A DNA stretch of 64,000 nt from the human T2T-CHM13v2.0 reference genome, Homo sapiens: assembly GCF_009914755.1 (NCBI RefSeq), contig NC_060940.1; one strand, written 5' to 3'. The notes beneath the pieces are model-generated. The model saw only the letters and a program-made list of their open reading frames with translations, had not been told where the DNA came from and ran no database searches. The position numbers were made by a program, and so were the translations under genes. Each line of letters starts with the position of its first letter. Position 1 is the first letter of the stretch. Shown here in pieces: positions 60,884-64,000 of this stretch.

Positions 60884-60946
60884 GGCGGCGGTGGCGGCGG
60901 CGGCCCGCGGGGCTCGGGCCGGGCAGGGCGGGGGACAGCCTGGCAG

Positions 60947-60955
60947 CTACTACAT
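60947..60955 (-). promoter_or_regulatory. Start-stop uORF ATG-TAG-TAG, 72 nt upstream of and in frame with the main ATG
   Basis: Plus strand ctactacat reads ATG TAG TAG on the minus strand, with G at -3. Inclusion in the mRNA depends on the TSS. Confidence 0.55.
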
Positions 60956-61250
60956 CGCTTCCCGGCCCAAACGGCGGCGCGGCGGTGGCTCCCCGGGCCG
61001 GCGGCCCCGCCCTCGCCTCGTCACTTCCAGTGGCACCGCCCGCCCGCCCTCTAGGTCTGGCCGAGCCGAGCTGAGCCCGAGTAGAGCCGAGTCGAACCGA
61101 GCCGAGGCTAACAGTGCCTTACCTGACACGGGCGAAGAGCTAGAAGGCCCCGGGCGAGAAGACCACTAGGCCTCCTCCGCCTGGCCTCCCCGACCCCAAC
61201 GCTGCCCGGTCACCCTCTCGTTTATTTCAACGTATGAAAAGCTGTTTCTA

Positions 61251-61576
<326 letters not shown>

Positions 61577-62570
61577 TTAACACACGTGCTCACACACTCA
61601 TGTCTTCCTGGTTTGGTGGCCTTGGCTCCAGGTAAGCCCCTTCTTTGCATTGGATGGGCAGCAATGTGGCTTCTTTCATCAGCCACATCTCAAATGTGCT
61701 CCTAAATGTCATAGAAAAAGGAAAGAGCTCCCTAACTATGGGATAAAGGAGACTGATGCCAGTTTGGAATTCTTAATATCAAAGAATGAGGGACTTCAAG
61801 ATCTTTTTAGTGACCTAGGAGAGACCTAGGAAGCATCAGAGCTTCAGATAGGGCAGCAAACTAAAAGTTATCGACATCAATTACAACAGAAAGAGGTAGA
61901 AATGAGCCTTCCTAAAACAAGAAAGCAAGCACTACAGGATCGGTTGCAGGACCGGCAGCCAGCCCTGGAGTCAGCACATTCAGGGAAGGCCGGAGGTTCC
62001 CATCCACACTGCATCCCCTCCATTCCATGTGGTACCCATCATGCTTCAGTGTTCCACGACGCTTACATGGGTTTTTATGACATAATTTCATCATAACAAG
62101 AAATAAACAGATAGTCCAATGAAGTTCTAAAACTTGAGTCTCCAGTTGGCCATTGGAAATGTATTGCTCAGACTTATAAAATAGGAGGAACAACTAGTTT
62201 TGATGAAAATGAAATCTACAAACTACAAACACCAAATATTAATATCATCAAGGAGCTCAAACAAAAAAGAAGTCAGGATACTGATGACCATCAGCTTGAA
62301 TTATCAGTATTACAGAATGTTCATCAACAGAAATTGAGGGAAATAAGTTGTAAGCATCAAGAAAATCTAAGCAATTAGGAAGAAAAGATTGAAGAACTGG
62401 AAAATTTGTTACAGCAAGGTGGCTCAGGAATTACAGTACATGATCTCTCTAAACTTCAAGAGAAGGAAAACACTATTCATGCAAGCTCTACAAATTGAAA
62501 AAGTAGAGTCTACCAAAAAATTGAAGAATTTGAACATAGAGTAAAAGACAAATAAAAAATTATCTTCTGG

Positions 62571-62854
62571 GGCCAGGTGCAGTGGCTCACACCTGTAATC
62601 CTAGCACTTTGGGAGGTCAAGATGGGAAGATCACTTGAGCTCAGGAGTATGAGACTAGCCTGGACAACATACTAAAACCTCATCTCTATGAAAAATTTAA
62701 AAAAAAAAAAAAGGCCAGAAGCAGTGGCATGCACCTGTACTCCCAACTAGTTGAAAGGCTGAGGCAACAGGATCATTTGAGCCCAGGAATTTGAGGCTGC
62801 AGTGAGCTATTATCACACCATTGCACTCTTGTCTGGGTGACAGAGTGAGACCCC
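62571..62854 (+). mobile_element. Alu (AluJ-like) lacking A tail and 3' TSD
   Basis: Ends gagtgagaccc and runs directly into pseudogene sequence. Confidence 0.9.
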
Positions 62855-63019
62855 TAGCTGAAAAGAGGCTATTGGAAGAAACAACTCTGAGAAAACCATG
62901 AAAAGATTGTCCACTGAAGCTAACCTGGAGAGCTCTGCCTTACAGCTAGAGCAAGAGTGTGTAATTAAACTCAGCCACGAGAAAGACTCTGAAATGTCAG
63001 CACTCAAAAAGAATATTGA

Positions 63020-63351
63020 GGCTGGGTGCAATGCATCACACCTGTAATCCCAGCACTTTGGGAGGTCGAGGTAGGTGGATCACCTGAGGTCAGGAGTTCA
63101 AGACCAGCCTGGCCAACATGGTGAAACCCAGTCTCTACTAAAAATACAAAAATTAGCCAGGCGTGGTGGCGGGCGCCTGTAATCCCAGCTGCTGGGGAAG
63201 CTGAGACGAGACAATCGCTTGAACCTTGGAGGCAGAGGTTGCAGTGAGCTGAGATCTGGCCTCTGCAGGGTGGTCCAGCCTAGGTGACAGGGTGGTCCAG
63301 TCAAGGTGACAGAGACAACGTGACAAGGTTACTGTCTCAAAAAAAAAAAAA
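63020..63351 (+). mobile_element. Alu inserted in the TRIP11 retrocopy
   Basis: TSD aaaaagaatattRa (63006-63019 / 63347-63360). Confidence 0.92.
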
Positions 63352-63874
63352 GAATATTAAACAGATGGACACTGACCATAAAGAAACTAAAGAAAAAGTG
63401 CTCCTAAATTTACTCCAAGAGATTGAAGAGCTAAGAAAATCGCTGCAGGAAAAAGATGCAACCATTAGATCCCTCCAAGAAGACAATCAGAGACTGATTT
63501 GATTTTGTCATCTAGTTGAGAAGAGCAGAAGCAATTGACACAACTTATAAGAGAGAAAGCAATTTTTTTAAAAAAAAACTTAAAGGAAGTTCAGAGCTTC
63601 CAGAGGAATTATTATACTAAAACCTTAAGAAAGAAAGAAAGAAATTTCATAGCAAACCATAGAGGAAAAAGACAGATGTCTTGCATCCATGAAAGAAAAA
63701 AAAAATCTGATAGAAGAATTGAAATGACTCAGAGGACAACAAAGTCTAACTGCCCCTGTGGCTGAGCCTAGAATGGTAGATACTATTATGGTACTAGAAT
63801 TGGAGATATTTCAAATGAAAATAATCAAAGGTAATCTTGAGGAGGGAATAAAGTATCATCAAAATATATTTGAA

Positions 63875-64000
63875 GGTTGGGCATGGTGACTCATGCCTAT
63901 AATCCCAGCACTTTGGGAGGCCAAAATCACTTGAGGCCAGGAGTTCAAGAAATCACTTGAACTTTGGGAGGCCAAAATCACTTGAGGCCAGGAGTTCAAG
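63875..64000 (+). mobile_element. Alu 5' part with internal duplication; runs off the window
   Basis: ggttgggcatggtgactcatgcctataatcccagcactttgggagg. Confidence 0.88.

Larger units (their letters stand above)
60330..61220. promoter_or_regulatory. CpG island / ARHGAP17 promoter and 5' UTR
   Basis: Very GC- and CpG-dense compared with the rest of the window. GC boxes (GGGCGG ~60926, CCCCGCCC ~61005) and an ETS-like CACTTCC (~61022). Surrounds exon 1. Confidence 0.93.
61600..63874 (+). pseudogene. Processed pseudogene of TRIP11 (GMAP-210), fragmented by Alus; probably continues past the window
   Basis: ATG TCT TCC TGG TTT GGT GGC CTT GGC TCC = MSSWFGGLGS (TRIP11 MSSWLGGLGS). Later segments [50 protein letters not shown] and EEQKQLTQLI match TRIP11. 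No introns; many stops and frameshifts. Confidence 0.9.

Noticed and set aside
60347-61169. Two ~235-aa plus-strand ORFs
   Set aside because: Stop-poor by-products of the GC-rich CpG island, antisense to exon 1; A/R/P/G-rich with no homology I recognise
61902-63765. ORFs 61902..62096, 63284..63502 and 63535..63765 as functional coiled-coil genes
   Set aside because: Fragments of the TRIP11 retrocopy bounded by stops, frameshifts and Alus

Overview
Human (primate) genomic DNA, Alu-rich. It holds the 5' half of ARHGAP17 (RICH1/Nadrin; BAR + RhoGAP) on the minus strand. I placed coding exons 1-10 by hand with their splice sites: 53, 40, 105, 74, 112, 77, 112, 69, 82 and 128 nt, which sum to 852 nt or 284 codons. 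They encode the N-terminal BAR domain and the start of the RhoGAP domain, and the gene continues beyond position 1. Intron 1 (~36 kb) uses a non-canonical GC donor. A CpG-island promoter lies at ~60.3-61.2 kb. Immediately on its other side, head-to-head, is a degraded processed pseudogene of TRIP11/GMAP-210 (61600 to the window end). It is cut by Alus, lacks ~1.2 kb of parent sequence and carries an out-of-order insert. The introns are mostly Alu, MIR, L1, L2, MaLR LTR and DNA-transposon remnants plus a 7 x 58 bp minisatellite. I found no prokaryotic-type system (no CRISPR, operon or intact mobile element). The best leads are: (i) the promoter-adjacent, rearranged TRIP11 retrocopy, whose first stop codon overlaps a consensus splice donor; (ii) the regulatory layout of exon 1 (GC donor with G-runs, an in-frame AUG-UAG-UAG start-stop uORF, and a competing upstream GT donor); (iii) candidate poison/micro-exons that would give BAR-only or NMD products. 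Gene and repeat identities come from my recognition of known sequences, not from database searches. Repeat boundaries are approximate.
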